A model generated the notes under the pieces. The model did not search any database. It was not told the DNA's origin and saw nothing but the letters and a program-made list of their open reading frames with translations. A stretch of DNA of 64,000 nucleotides from contig CAJINV010000011.1 in the NCBI GenBank assembly GCA_905178155.1, positions 516,491 through 580,490 of the forward strand, read 5' to 3'. The DNA is from Amoebophrya sp. A120 (taxonomy: Eukaryota; Protista; Dinoflagellata). The translations under genes were made by a program, and so were the position numbers. This document shows, in pieces, positions 1-11,778 of the stretch (position 1 is its first letter; each line of letters begins with the position of its first letter).

Positions 1-506
1 TTCTTGTGTGCAAGAGCTTCGTCGAAGGGAAAACTTTCATCTGGAAGTTGTACATTGCTCGGAAGGTAGTCGTATATAGTGGGAGTTGTAGCAGCCCTCG
101 CAAGTTGCTGCGAATTTTTGTTCCTCTTCCTGGGCTTATTATTTTCTTCTCGTCCTGGCGGTGGATTTAGTACCCGCCACGACCTCCGCCGAAGTTCTAC
201 TTCCCTGGTGCTCTCCGCCTGCTCCACGCGCTGATCATGCTCTTGGTTCTGCAAAAAAACGAACACGACAACGGTCCCGTGAAAAAAGCAGACTAAGACC
301 CGTAACGCCCACCAGGAGAGGCACCAGAAAACCCGCGCGAGCCGGCTTTTGGTGTAGTATTTTCGTGGCGGGGCGGGGTACTGCACCTTTTCGCCGCTTG
401 TGTCGACCACCTCGAAGGGGTCCTCGTCCGCAAGCTGCACAGCGTCGGGCTGCTCATCGTCAGGATCAGGCCCAAGGCAGCTGGTGAAGATCGCGGTCAC
501 ACTCAT
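1..506 (-). CDS. 5' part of a gene running off the window; single-pass (type II-like) membrane protein of unknown function
   Basis: Open frame from ATG at 506 to position 1 without a stop: MSVTAIFTSCLGPDPDDEQ...RLARVFWCLSWWALRVLVCFFHGTVVVFVFLQNQEHDQ...; one hydrophobic stretch. Not in the ORF track because no stop lies inside the window. Confidence 0.55.
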   Translation of the reverse strand, partial: MSVTAIFTSCLGPDPDDEQPDAVQLADEDPFEVVDTSGEKVQYPAPPRKYYTKSRLARVFWCLSWWALRVLVCFFHGTVVVFVFLQNQEHDQRVEQAESTREVELRRRSWRVLNPPPGREENNKPRKRNKNSQQLARAATTPTIYDYLPSNVQLPDESFPFDEALAHK

Positions 507-1102
507 ATCTCACAAGGAACTTTCAACACAGAAATCAAATCGCTACGGATCAGTGTGCAGCTGTTTCTTAAGGAAAAATTACTGCCGAATATAGGATCGA
601 TTGAAGATCGTGGGTCGTTTCAACTGCACACGTGTCGTGCTGAAAGCAAGACAGCCACAACACAGCGAACAGCACATTCTGTTTGTAACAAAGTCCATGC
701 CCGGAGGGAGCGTGGTTTTATTTTTATAGTCGCGGTTTCTAATCACTGATACCCAAATGTTCCAAAGTGAAATCAGATAACGGACTTCCTTCGGTTTGTA
801 TCTATCTGTCAAAGAAAAGCTCCTGAAGAATAGCTGATGCTTACTGAATTGTGTGCGTATCATTATTTTTGTGGCAACATGTGCTTCATACAGCAGCATT
901 AGAAGTTGTGTCGACTCGAAAGGGAAATGTTCACACCCTGGGCGGAAGCATAATCACGAAGTTTTATTTCGTTCTGTGCTCCTGAGAAAACGTGCGTTCC
1001 AGAAGCGACTTTAGGACAAGGTGAAGATTTCCATTGCATCGCACCACCTGTAGAAAAATCAAAATCAGTTCGGCTTCATCCTGTGGAAAGTAAATCGCTG
1101 CT

Positions 1103-2153
1103 TATGGGATGGACTCGACCATTCAACTTCAAAAACATTCAAAAAACTTGGCTCTGAAGCAAAATAGGGCAGTTATCCATGCAGTTTTGGACGTCTGGGT
1201 CGTCGTGTTGTCGGCGACATCGCCGGGAGGTGAGCTTGGTTTGTTATCGATGATGAAGTACCCAGCTTTAAATGAAGATCCCAATTTGAGCTAGCTAGTT
1301 TTCCCTTTAAAAGACATCGAAATAAAGGACAGTAGCAAAGACCACCGCAGCCACCTTTTTGACGGACCCAACCTGTGACCTGCCTGATGACCCGCCTCTT
1401 GGACTTCTGGGGCCCCGTGGCAATTTGTGGGACAAAGCGGCGGAAGAATACCTAGAAAATGGCGGAAGCGATGGAATTCTGGGAATGCTCGCGAAAAGTA
1501 TTGCGCTTTTCCCAATCCGCATGGTATGGCAGATTTTTAGTAGAAATTCAGCATACCGTCGTGATTGCGTATCCGGGTACCTCATTGGATGAGGTCTATT
1601 GATGAGGTATAGAATTCACCTCTCCACGAACTGTTTCCGTGTTCCGGATGAGGTATAAAATACCCTCATCCGGGACCTTAAAAATACCTCATTTGAATGG
1701 TTTTGGTCAGATTTCGCTACTTCTCGATGCTATGGTGGACAAAAATGAGTCAAAAACCAAAAATAGTCGGATACTCCTCTTCAAGAAAGTGCCGACGCGC
1801 GACGGTATCGCGACCTCTATACCAGCAAATCTCTCACGGGGCCCCAAGAGCAGTGCGTGGCGGTGATAAGTGGATCCAATTGGCGGACGAACTCCTGCAC
1901 TTATATAAGAATTTCAATCATAATACCTGATAAATTGCGTTGCGTTTCACCCTCATTATCTAGCTCAAATTGGGATCTTCATTTAAAGCTAGCTATTTAG
2001 CATGAATATATAACGGCTTCCAAAACGATGACGGTGGAGGATCAAGTTCAGGTCGCGGAATCCGGGACGAATGCGCCGCAAAACAAACCTAATCTCTATT
2101 AAAACCAAGTTTTTTGAATGTTTTTGAAGTTGAATGGTAGAGTCCATCCCATA
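1103..2153. mobile_element. 1051-bp non-autonomous TIR (foldback/MITE-like) element with 5-bp TSD
   Basis: ~48-bp TIR TATGGGATGGACTC..TTCAACTTCAAAAACATTCAAAAAACTTGG (1103-1150) versus its reverse complement (2105-2153); CTGCT direct repeat at 1098-1102 and 2154-2158; second perfect 31-bp internal inverted repeat at 1264-1294/1960-1990. Confidence 0.9.
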
Positions 2154-2202
2154 CTGCTGCTTCTCAAAAATACGGTATATTTGATGGACGGTCCTCCTCC
2201 AA

Positions 2203-5200
2203 TCACACAGGACGACTTCGACTGGCTTGCAGGATCCAGAGTCCGGCGGTTTTCGGCACCACCAAGAGGTACCCTTCCCGCACCGAACCGACCTTGTACC
2301 GCCACCAGCGGACGCGGAACCCGTTGCGGTTGAGCAAGGCAACGATCCTCGGTATGGGGTTCTCAATTGTTACATTCTCAACTGTTACATGATTTGTCAT
2401 GCAAATTTAGCACCAAGATCGCCACGATTAAGCTGCTTCGCATGACAAATCTCCGAAGGGCTAAACAGCATCTAAATCTGTGCCAAATCTGTAATGCAAG
2501 AGGCGCAATCTTCCCCCTTTGCTTTCACTTTTGCCGTTCTTGCATTACAGATTCATGTAACGGTTGAGAATGTAACGTTTGAGAACGCCATACTCGGCAT
2601 TCGCGTGTCCGGGGAGCAGTGACGGATCTCCCCCGTAAACTCGGTATCAAACACTTCCATCACCACATTGTTTACCCGCTTCAAGGGTGCCCCCTGCAGC
2701 ACCGCGAGCTCGTCGTATCAACTGGAAAAATGTCTGGGTCTGGAAGATTCTGACACTTGTCATGCACATTTTGCATGAGCCATGATGTCTGTGATGCATA
2801 CCCTAGCAGTACAGATTTTTTGAGGGCTTTTTGATGCCTATTCCGCATGACAAATGCCTTCTCAGCGTAGCAAAAATTGCATTCCGTTATTTGCTACTCA
2901 TGCAATACAGATTTTTTTGGAATCCAAATACAGCATCACAAGTTGCATTCTTCCAGACCCAGACATTTTTGCATTTCATACGTCGCCCTCTACATCGATT
3001 TTCAGCAGATCGATGACTATAACCCGCTCAGGTGTTACAATCTCAAACGTTACAATAGAATATCGAAATCTGTGATGCAAGATTGCATGATCCAGCCAAC
3101 TCTCATAGGATTGCGCATGACAAGTTCTGGAGTCCCAATCCGCACTACAATCTGGCGAGGTTTGTATTGCAGAAAGTGGAATGCTGTCCGAGTCTGTCAT
3201 GTTCATCATGCAAGACAAATCTCAGATTCTATTGTAACGCTTGAGATTGTAACGTTTGAGCAGGTCATAATGACATCTGTGATCTTCTGTTCCTCCAGCA
3301 AATGACTCAGCGTCGTGGAGATCGTGCACAGGCTGTCCATTTTCTTCCCCGGGATCTTCAGTATTGTCAGCAAAGAACACGTCGTCCCCACCTCAGAGTC
3401 AAGATGGAAAATCTGGTGCTAGACATATCACCAAGCATTGGTCGTTGCTGCGCACGACAAATTTATTGGGCACGCAATCTAGTCGCGTTCTGCTCAGCTA
3501 GTGCAGCAGAATCACAGTGGATCTAGTGCATTATTAGCATCACAAATCTCAAAAGACAACTAGAAAATAGCACTTCACATGGGTCTCCGCATGAGAAACC
3601 TTTTGAGCATGCAGATTGGCATTACAACTCTGGATAAATTCTGGGGAGGTCGAGGTGGGGTCGGTTTTACACGGGATAACTAGGTCCGCCTCGTCCTTTT
3701 CCTCACTATGACAGTGCACAACTCCCCCTCCCCCTCATTTGTGTACGCATGAACGGCAATACAAGCATCAACAAGAAAGAGAATGCCGGCTCTGCATGAC
3801 AAATTTACACTGCAGTGTCGTGCTATTTGGGCTACCAGAGCTCGTCATGCATAATAGTGACAGGAGGGACAGTCTGGAGCTGCTGGTGGTTTGCACGATG
3901 AGAAATGAGAACGAGGGGCAGCTATGTGGTGCACTCTCATACTCATCATGTGGTATGATCGACATCCCTGTTCGTATATATTTCGACATGGCGAAGAAGA
4001 AGAATTCCGCTAGCGCGGCGAAACAAAAAGGATATACCATCATCTCGTCTGTGTTGTATCCTCAAATCGAAATCACACATAATCATGACGTACTATACCA
4101 GCCACAAGATCATCTTCTTTTTCCTGGGCGACCACCCCGAATGACGTTCTTTCCGTCTCCTCTCCGTAGTACCGCTGCCGCTCCAGTTCCGTCTCAGAGG
4201 CGTATCACATGCAAAAATGTCTGGCTCTGGAAGAAGACCCTTGTTTCTTGTCATGCATCCTTTGGATTATGCAAATGGTCTGTAATGCACGCAAAAGCAT
4301 TACAGGTTTTGCGCAGGCCTTCTGATGCCTATCCTGCATGAGAAAAAGAAATTCCCAATTTGCGTAGCACGAAATAAGCAGCTTTTGACCATCACGCAAT
4401 ACAAATTTTTGCCAATTCCATCATCCGCATCACAAGTTCCAACCTTCCAGACCCAGACATTTTTGCATTTGATAAGGCGATCTCCGCCTGTTCCCTTGGG
4501 TGTCGCGTGGCCTCCGAGGGTTTCTCCTCCGGCCAGTACAGTGTGAGTTTCTCCGTTTTTTTCCCACCCACCGCCTGAAACGGGAGCACCCGCTATGCAT
4601 TGCAAAAGCAAAAGCATCGTGATCGTACTAGTATACATTGCATTATAAATTGACTTAACATTACAAATTATGTTTGTAATGCGGATTTGCCTTATGTAAT
4701 GCATAAACGCAATTAGAAGTACGAGTACGACACTTTTGCAGTTCATAGCCGCACCTTCTCCGCAAGTTGCGGCTCCAGACGCTTGACGTTCTCCTCCAGC
4801 GCCTGCACGTTGATCGGCACGGGCTCGATGGCGATCACTTTGTTCGCCCGCAGATACGTAGCAGCCCAGACGGTGAACAAACCAATGTGCGCGCCCACGT
4901 CGACTACCGTCCCGACCTCCGGATGAGGTCGTAGGAGATTCTTGCTCAAACGGAGCGGTTCGTCAAACTTTTGCTCAAACCGCTCGGCCCACCACGCATC
5001 CTCCTGGGAGCGCGGCAGGGTGTTGTCAAAACAGACGTCCGGGGTGATTTGTTCCTGGTACCAGTCCACCCTTTTGCAGGAAGACCGGCATGGGTCGTAT
5101 TTGGGCGGCTTCTGCTTTCCCAGCAAGAACTGGGGGTACCGCGCGGTCTGTTGCTCCGGGTTGGTGTATATGAACTGCAAAAGCATCGTACTAGTATAAA

Positions 5201-6747
5201 TCACATGACAAATTTCCTCAGCATGAGAAATAAAATTTGTATTGCGGATTTGACTTGAGAAAGAAATTTGTAATGCATAACTGCGATTACTACGAGTACG
5301 ATACTTTTGCACAGGATAGTGTAGATCTCCCGCACAAAAATCTCCTCGTACAGCTGCCTCGCGTCCTCCTGATATGCATTGCAAATAGCCGTTGATTGAA
5401 CGTTGTCGTGCCGACTCTCGATCACACGAGAACTTGTGTTGCATGACGAGCACCAAAAGTACTATATCCATTTTAGGTCTAGTACACAAGTAGTCAGTTC
5501 CTCATGTGGGACAGGCATGACGAGACCTCCTGAGCAAAACTTGTAAATTCTTGTGTGTGCATTCCAGAGTGTCTCTCTGCGTGTTCCAAAAGATGCATGA
5601 CAAACTCCTGCACTCATCCAAAGAACCCAAACGTCTTTGCATTGCACACCTGGTGCTCGCAAACCAAATTCGCCGTCATCCCCCGTGGCCGCCGCACGCC
5701 GATGATTTTATCAACTGGAAAAATGTCTGGGTCTGGAAGATTCTGACACTTGTCATGCACGTTTTGCATGAGCCCTGATGTCTGTGATGCATGCTCTAGC
5801 ATCACAGATTTTTTGAGAGCTTCTTGATGCCTATTCCGCATGACAGATGCCGTCTCCGCGTAGCAACAATTACATTCCTTTTGGTACTCATGCAATACAG
5901 ATTTTTCTGGAATCCAAATGCAGCATCACAAGTTCCAATCTTCCAGACCCAGACATTTTTACATTTGATAGATTTCTGGAAAGCCGTATTGTGCGGAAAA
6001 ATCCCTCCCACACCATACTCGGAAGCGAGCTTTGTGATGCTGCTTTGTTTTGCGTATTTAGTAAGGCAAACGGCACTTCTCATGTAGCGCATTGATGCAC
6101 AGCGAGTCCTCTGTCATGCGTTTATTTCACCACCGGCAGACTTGTCTCTTATGCTGAAGATCTGCCAGCCGGATGCATAGTACCTCCCAAACCCAAACGG
6201 GCTCAGAATTAAGTATATGCCGACATCAAGCCCTTCGTCCTGCAAAAACACATAGTTGTAGTTCATTTGTGTACACAGATCCAGCAGCACAAGCCGTGGT
6301 CTTTTGAATTATTCTATGGGGTCGTCGTGGGGACAACTTTTTTCACTTTGATAAGTCGCCTGGGTTCTTTGCGCCGGTGGTCCGTGTGGGGTCGCTGTAA
6401 AACAGGTCGCCCCGCCCAGGGGAATGATCAGCGGTACTCTCCGAGGACCCGAGTAGAAGATGTTTCTCCACGACCCTCCAGGCTCCCCGACGTTTCCCGT
6501 CATTTTGCAAGTTTATTTTTCCTTTCGCACCTTTCTTCTCTTTGATAGAAAGAACTACACTGCTCTCCGTGCTCCTTTTGGAGGCGACCTTTTTGCTTCT
6601 ACGTGCCTTCTTGGAAACTTTCTTCTTCGTGTTCAGATGCGGATTCTGCTCCTGCGTCCCGCAACAATGTTTCGGTGCGGGGGCCTGCTTCGGGTTGTTC
6701 ATCTTGATATCGACATCTAATATTTTCGACATGTTTTCTTCTTCCAT
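2203..6747 (-). CDS. FkbM-family SAM-dependent methyltransferase (13 exons; 11 introner introns + 1 canonical 50-bp intron at 4049-4098)
   Basis: After removing elements the frame reads ...QLYEEIFVREIY...VVDVGAHIGLFTVWA...VIAIEPVPINVQALEENV...IDLLKIDVEGDELAVLQGA...VVMEV, the typical FkbM motifs. Stop at 2203; start approximate. Confidence 0.85.
2353..2592. mobile_element. Introner / non-canonical intron, family B (GTTACAnTCTCAA TIR)
   Basis: TATGGGGTTCTCAA...TTGAGAACGCCATA; DR CTCGG/CTCGG; removal joins RMP|RIVALL in frame. Confidence 0.9.
2716..2980. mobile_element. Introner, family A (AAAAATGTCTGGGTCTGGAAG TIR)
   Basis: DR CGTCG/CGTCG; removal restores KIDVEGD|ELAVL. Confidence 0.95.
3018..3269. 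mobile_element. Introner, family B
   Basis: TATAACCCGCTCA...TGAGCAGGTCATA; DR ATGAC/ATGAC; joins ITDV|IDLLK. Confidence 0.9.
3362..3678. mobile_element. Introner, family D (GTCCCCAC TIR), degenerate DR
   Basis: TAT...ATA ends; shares AGAGTCAAGATGG(A/G)AAATCTG with 17087-17361; DR decayed (TTCAG/ACTAG) but frame restored. Confidence 0.75.
3707..3941. mobile_element. Introner, family E (TATGAnAGTGCAC TIR)
   Basis: TATGACAGTGCAC...GTGCACTCTCATA; DR CTCAC/CTCAT. Confidence 0.85.
4203..4474. mobile_element. Introner, family A
   Basis: ~30-bp TIR; DR AGGCG/AGGCG. Confidence 0.95.
4594..4747. mobile_element. Introner, family C (TGCAAAAGCATCGTACT TIR)
   Basis: DR CCCGC/GCCGC; joins EKVR|VLPFQAVG. 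Confidence 0.85.
5169..5318. mobile_element. Introner, family C
   Basis: DR GTGTA/GTGTA; joins REIY|TNPEQ. Confidence 0.9.
5373..5648. mobile_element. Introner, degenerate family A-like
   Basis: TATGCATTGCAAA...TTTGCATTGCACA; DR CCTGA/CCTGG; joins CEH|QEDARQL. Confidence 0.8.
5709..5970. mobile_element. Introner, family A (close copy of 2716-2980)
   Basis: DR GATTT/GATTT; first ~50 bp identical to 2716-2980. Confidence 0.95.
5987..6353. mobile_element. Introner, family D
   Basis: GAAAAATCCCTCCCACACCATA...TATGGGGTCGTCGTGGGGACAACTTTTTTC; DR AGCCG/AGTCG; frame restored PGD|FPEI|IG. Confidence 0.8.
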
Positions 6748-8817
6748 TGGTTTTGCTTTATGGCGTCTTGCTTTCAATCATCACATGAGCTTGGTACTAA
6801 ATAGAATACACTGGAATCAATAAAGGTTTGTTTCTACTCGAGGCGTTAACAAACGCAACCAGTTTTGCATGGTATTTCGACAAGAATTTTCACTGGAATC
6901 AGGTGTCGAGCTGCCGTGTGACTGCTCAGACTCTGGTGTGTAAGTAGTTGCAGTCTGATACTGATGATCGGTCCCGAAATAAGCATATGATACCTAAAAG
7001 GTAGTTGTGTGTTGTTCAACCGCGCTGAAGATCATCCTTCTTGTTCTTACTTCCCCCGCCGAGATCTTCTCTGTCGCGCCAGAAATTATAAACGGCGAAC
7101 TTGGACGAGCTACAAAGACCGTGTTCAACGAAAGAGAAAGGAGAAGAGATGATAGCTCCTGCTCCATCAGTGTAGTAGAGATCTTTTCTTCGCAATCGCA
7201 TACGCATTTACTTACTTCTATAAAATGAAACGCGCCTTCGAACGATCGCAGTGCTGAAGGGACATGTTGACGTCCTCTCCAGAAGATCTTCATATATACT
7301 GAGGTTGCTGCTGATGACTGGAAACCCCAAGCAGCAAGACGCAAGATCTAGATCTTGCGTTCGCACATAACTACGACGGAGAACATCGACTTTGTAATTT
7401 GAAGTTGTACTCGGAGCACTTACATCCCAGCGTTGTTAGTCCATCGTCGTTCGGTTTTCCAAATTCAAGCTGTTGTTTTTAGGGTATCCACGAAAAAACT
7501 CCTTCTCCTCGCCTTGAGCACCGTCCTAAACCCAACAAAAAGCTGAGCCCAATAATGTGCGGCGAATTCGGAGCCCTGTTCGTTTTCGTGAAGGTCCAAG
7601 AGCGTAATTCATATAGCGCAGCCTCCTTTTTCCCTTGCAGCTTTCCCTCTGTTTGATCGTATCTATTTTTCTTGCCAGGATCGGAAAACTTATGTGAAAG
7701 AACCGACCTCCCTTGTGCATATACAAGTAGTAGCGCAAATATAAAGATACTACGGAGCTTTCACATGAATTTGTCATACGATAAATTTGTAATGCGTTTT
7801 TTGTCAGCTGGCTCTGATTGTAAAGTGTAGAAAAATTTTGCATTTTAGATAAGATCAAACTGTCAGATTTAACATCGGTTTTGCTTGCTTCGTAAGGTTT
7901 GATTTCTTCTGTAGCTTCCTGTGACTATGGAACTGGGGCGGATATTACACAACGTTCCTGAGACCGCTGGCAACAGGACCCCTTTCCATAGTCGATAAAA
8001 ATAAAAACTGAGTGTAAATTTACCTTCTGCTACGTGTCTTTTATGTCCTCTTAGTTATGCAATTTGTAAAGGCCCTTTTTGTATCTATATGTCATCTCTT
8101 CAAACCTGTAATGCGAGGAAAGAGAACAAAAGTTGCGCAGTTTCCTAGCTGTGCCTGCTGCTTTTATGTCCTTTCGCTGAGTTGGAGAAATGAAAAATTC
8201 TACTTATGAAAGAATTGTAGAAGACAAATAAGGGGAGCCTTGCTTTGGCTTTCCGATCAGAATCTCAGCCTATGAAATAAAACGGACAACATTCGAGGAT
8301 ATAATTCACAGGCATAAAAAAACACACGACGTCCTCTGCAGATCTTGTTGTTAGAATGAATGCCGTGCGGGCCTAGTAGGTGCGCGACGAAACAAGCCAT
8401 CAACATATCGGCCCGCAAAAAAATGTGAAGGTATAGCTGTCTGCGAAAGTTGTTCGATCAAATGAAAATCGGCGAAGCCACTGTTTTGTGGATATAGATC
8501 TTCCAAAATCAAGCAAAAACTGTTCAAGCCAGACCAAATGAGTGAAGGCAATTCTGCACTGTCCTCGCGACTCATATTTACTTACTTATATTGATGCTCC
8601 TTGGTACTCATTTTTTTCCAAAATTTTTCCAAGCCAAAGTATAGAAGCTCGTTGTGGTCAAGCTAGATCTGTGGTCATCGAGCTAGAGAGCAGAAGCATT
8701 TTGCTGCTCTTCATCTCCGGGTCACCGACTGTCGCACATTTTTCATGGGCCGCTGAAAAAGGCAAATCATCAGCCGCACAGCCCGCGTAAGTTCGGATCA
8801 AGAAAGACGTCTACTTG

Positions 8818-11193
8818 TCAGAACATCGCCTGGTCGTCCTCCGGACAGGGTGCCTGTGGAGGTGCTGGCACTCCTGGCGTCGTCAAAGGTGCAGCTGCTC
8901 CCGGTGTAGTCGCTCCGACGGGAAAGCCGCCTGCTGCTGAAGGGTTCGCAGTATCGTTGCTGTCGTCCCCAGGCAGCGGCAGCCTCTGCTGCGCTGGGCC
9001 CTCCACCCCGTCAACATCGCAGTCGGGAAGGGAATCGAAGGTGTCCACTCGCGTGCTAGTACTGTCCTCCTGGGGTTCCGCTTCCGGACTTCCTGCGGGG
9101 AAAAAAAATCAAAGTTGTGGAAAAAAATTATAGAAGAAATAATCTTTCTATTTTACTCCTAGTTCTTGAACTAATGCACGTCGATCAAGAAAAATTTTTT
9201 AGCGTTAAACAATATTTTTGTCTTTCTATAGGCATATATAATGTACGTAGCAGCTGCTACCCTCTTCCCCGAGCGACTGGCTGCTGTTCGAACTCCAGCT
9301 ACGTACCGAAAAGGCGCCCGCTGGCGAGGGGGTCCTCGTGCGGTATTCAGGCCCAAGCGCTGCACCCCTGCCATCAAATACGCCACTGCCCCTAGCCCCC
9401 GTGCGCTGCTGCTCGTACCACCGCCCTGGACGAGTGCTAGCGGTACTCGCTCCCGCTTCTTCCTGCTGGTGCTGGCGCGACCAGGATCGCGGAGGCGGAC
9501 GGACGTGTAGCTGCCTCGCCATAAAACTCGTGGCCTCGTGTCCGTCACGCTCCTCTTGTTGCGGCAGCGAACTTTCTCCGGCCGCGGACCTGGAAGAGGC
9601 AAGCAAGCCCGGTCGCCCACCGAAGGCAGCAACAACTGCTGTAGACAGTAAAAACTGCTGATGGTGGTCCATCTGGTTGTGTCCCTGTTCATCCTGCGCA
9701 CTGGAGGACGATTTCTCCGTCATTTCCCAGTCTCTCTGATCCAACAAGCCGGTCGAGTGCCCGGGCCGGGCAGATCCCCCGGGGCTTGCACGCTGTCGCT
9801 TCTCCTTTTCTTTTGTTCCCGGCTGCTCCGATCGAGAAGCCTGGAGCCGAGCAGGCCGCTGCCAGTGATCCGCACTGGAGCGAGGTAGCTGCAAGCCGTC
9901 CTCTACGTCCGTCTGACTGGGCGAAACAGAAGTGCGGGCACTGGTTCTACTGATTCTTCGCCTTGCCTCATCTATACTACTCGAGCCGGCGCCCGCGGCC
10001 CTGAGTTCCACGATCGTCTCGTTTCGTAACGCAGTGTGCCGCAAAGCTGACAACAAGTGCCCGTACTGTTCCTGCTCATCCTGCCGGGACACTAGCGTCG
10101 ATGGGGCGAGGAACTGCTCCTGTGGCGCGGATGTGGGGAGAAAAGGAAAATGATGAGCGCGTCCGCCTGCTCGGCCAGCGCCAGATGAAGTGGCTGACGT
10201 ACTTCCAGGGGTGCTAGCGGACGAGTGAATTGTGGCACCACCTCTGTCCAGCAGGCTGTCGGTTTCGTACGGTTCGAAGGACGAAGGCGTGTCGGAGGTC
10301 GGAGGGGTGGGTTTTTTGAGGGAAAGCGCCGCGATAGTTGCAGCTACGAGTTCCATGTCTCCATCGTCGTCGTCGGGCGCGCCGTGTTGTCCTGCCAGTC
10401 CTAGCCGGGGCCCCAGGTTCTTCTCTCGCTGTCGGTCAGCGCTTTTTTCATCTTTATTCCTGCTTCTTTTGGCTGCAGACGCGGAGTCGGACAACAACTT
10501 GCTCGTCAACCCTTGCGGGGGGCGGGGAAATAAAATCGAGGTCGAAGTTTCTCTCCCACTCGAAGACGCCGCAGCTCGACCATGCTTGCCACTGACACAG
10601 GAGAAAGCAGCCTGAGTCACAGCCGGCTCATAATTCCCCTCGCCCGAGGTACAGCGAGACCATGCTGACTCGAACATAGTAGTATCGTTACAGGGCAGCA
10701 TTGTGCTGCAGGAGCTGTTCACAGAGACCTGCTTGAGCCAGGGCGGGTCGACATCCATTTCGTCCGAAAAATCGTCTACCCTCACCTCGGGAGTAGATGC
10801 AGAAGGGCCTTGAAGTACCACGCCCGCCCTTGCTGCCTCTTCATCCTCCACCCCACTTGTCGATGCACGTCTGGCTTTTTTCGACCACCTAGTACCCTCG
10901 AGGGTACGATCTATTCCCCCGTCGCGTTTGCTCTCGTGCTGCGGAGGGTGTGGTGGACCGCCTGTTTTATTAGTAGCCGTAATGCGGTAACCGACGACTG
11001 CACTCTGGTCGTGGCCACTGAGTGAAAAGTATACTATCGCGGCAGCAAATGCAGTTCTTCTTCCGCCCGGCCCTGACGGAACCATCTCGGGGACTCTCCG
11101 CCGTCGGTCCTTTGTCGTCGCCTCGAAGGCCCGCATTGCGGTCCACGAACGTATTCGGAAATGATAGCCGTCTAGTACCGGCGTAATACGCAA
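8818..11193 (-). CDS. Low-complexity Ser/Ala/Gln-rich hypothetical protein (2+ exons; canonical intron ~9093-9260)
   Basis: 655-aa ORF 9226-11193; AT-rich intron with CAG acceptor at 9093-9095 leading to the 8818-9092 frame. No recognisable domain; 5' end uncertain. Confidence 0.55.
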
Positions 11194-11778
11194 TCGCCCG
11201 AATCTAGCGCCTCGCGCTGCGAGCAGGTTCGTCTGTGCCTGTGTTCACAGCTTCTCCTTCTTCGGCAGAGCGTCCTTGAGGCATCCGCGACGAGACACTT
11301 ATTTCGCCACGACGAATTGTTGAAGGAGTGACTACTCTTCGACCTGCCGTGGCACTTCGGTGAGCAGTACTGTTTCAGCTTGGTCAAGGTGAGATTCGCG
11401 AATCAATCCCTATAAAAAGATCGTTACGCGCTGCTTTTTTTATTTTCGTCGATAACATTGATGAAGCACACCAGAAATCGAAAATGCCGCCGCCAAAGAG
11501 AAAAAATTGAACAAGTAAGAACTCTACTTGCACTTGCAGAAAACAAAAAACAAGGGATCCTTTCGAAGATCGAACACGCTGCAAAATCGACGAGTGCGCT
11601 GGCGAACATGCGTGACATCACACGACAGTGTGGCAACCTGAAGCTGTCTTTCTAATTTGATTTCGCTTTGTGTCGTTTTTTACTAAGTACTTTATAATAA
11701 GGTCTCGCTGCGCTGCGGCTTGGCACAGAAGGAGCTGGGGCACTATGGGCAGCTAAATGTGAACACCAACACTTTTTA

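Noticed and set aside
2203-6747. Pseudogene or alternative genetic code as the explanation for fragmented ORFs
   Set aside because: The interruptions are explained by bounded elements whose removal restores the frame under the standard code.
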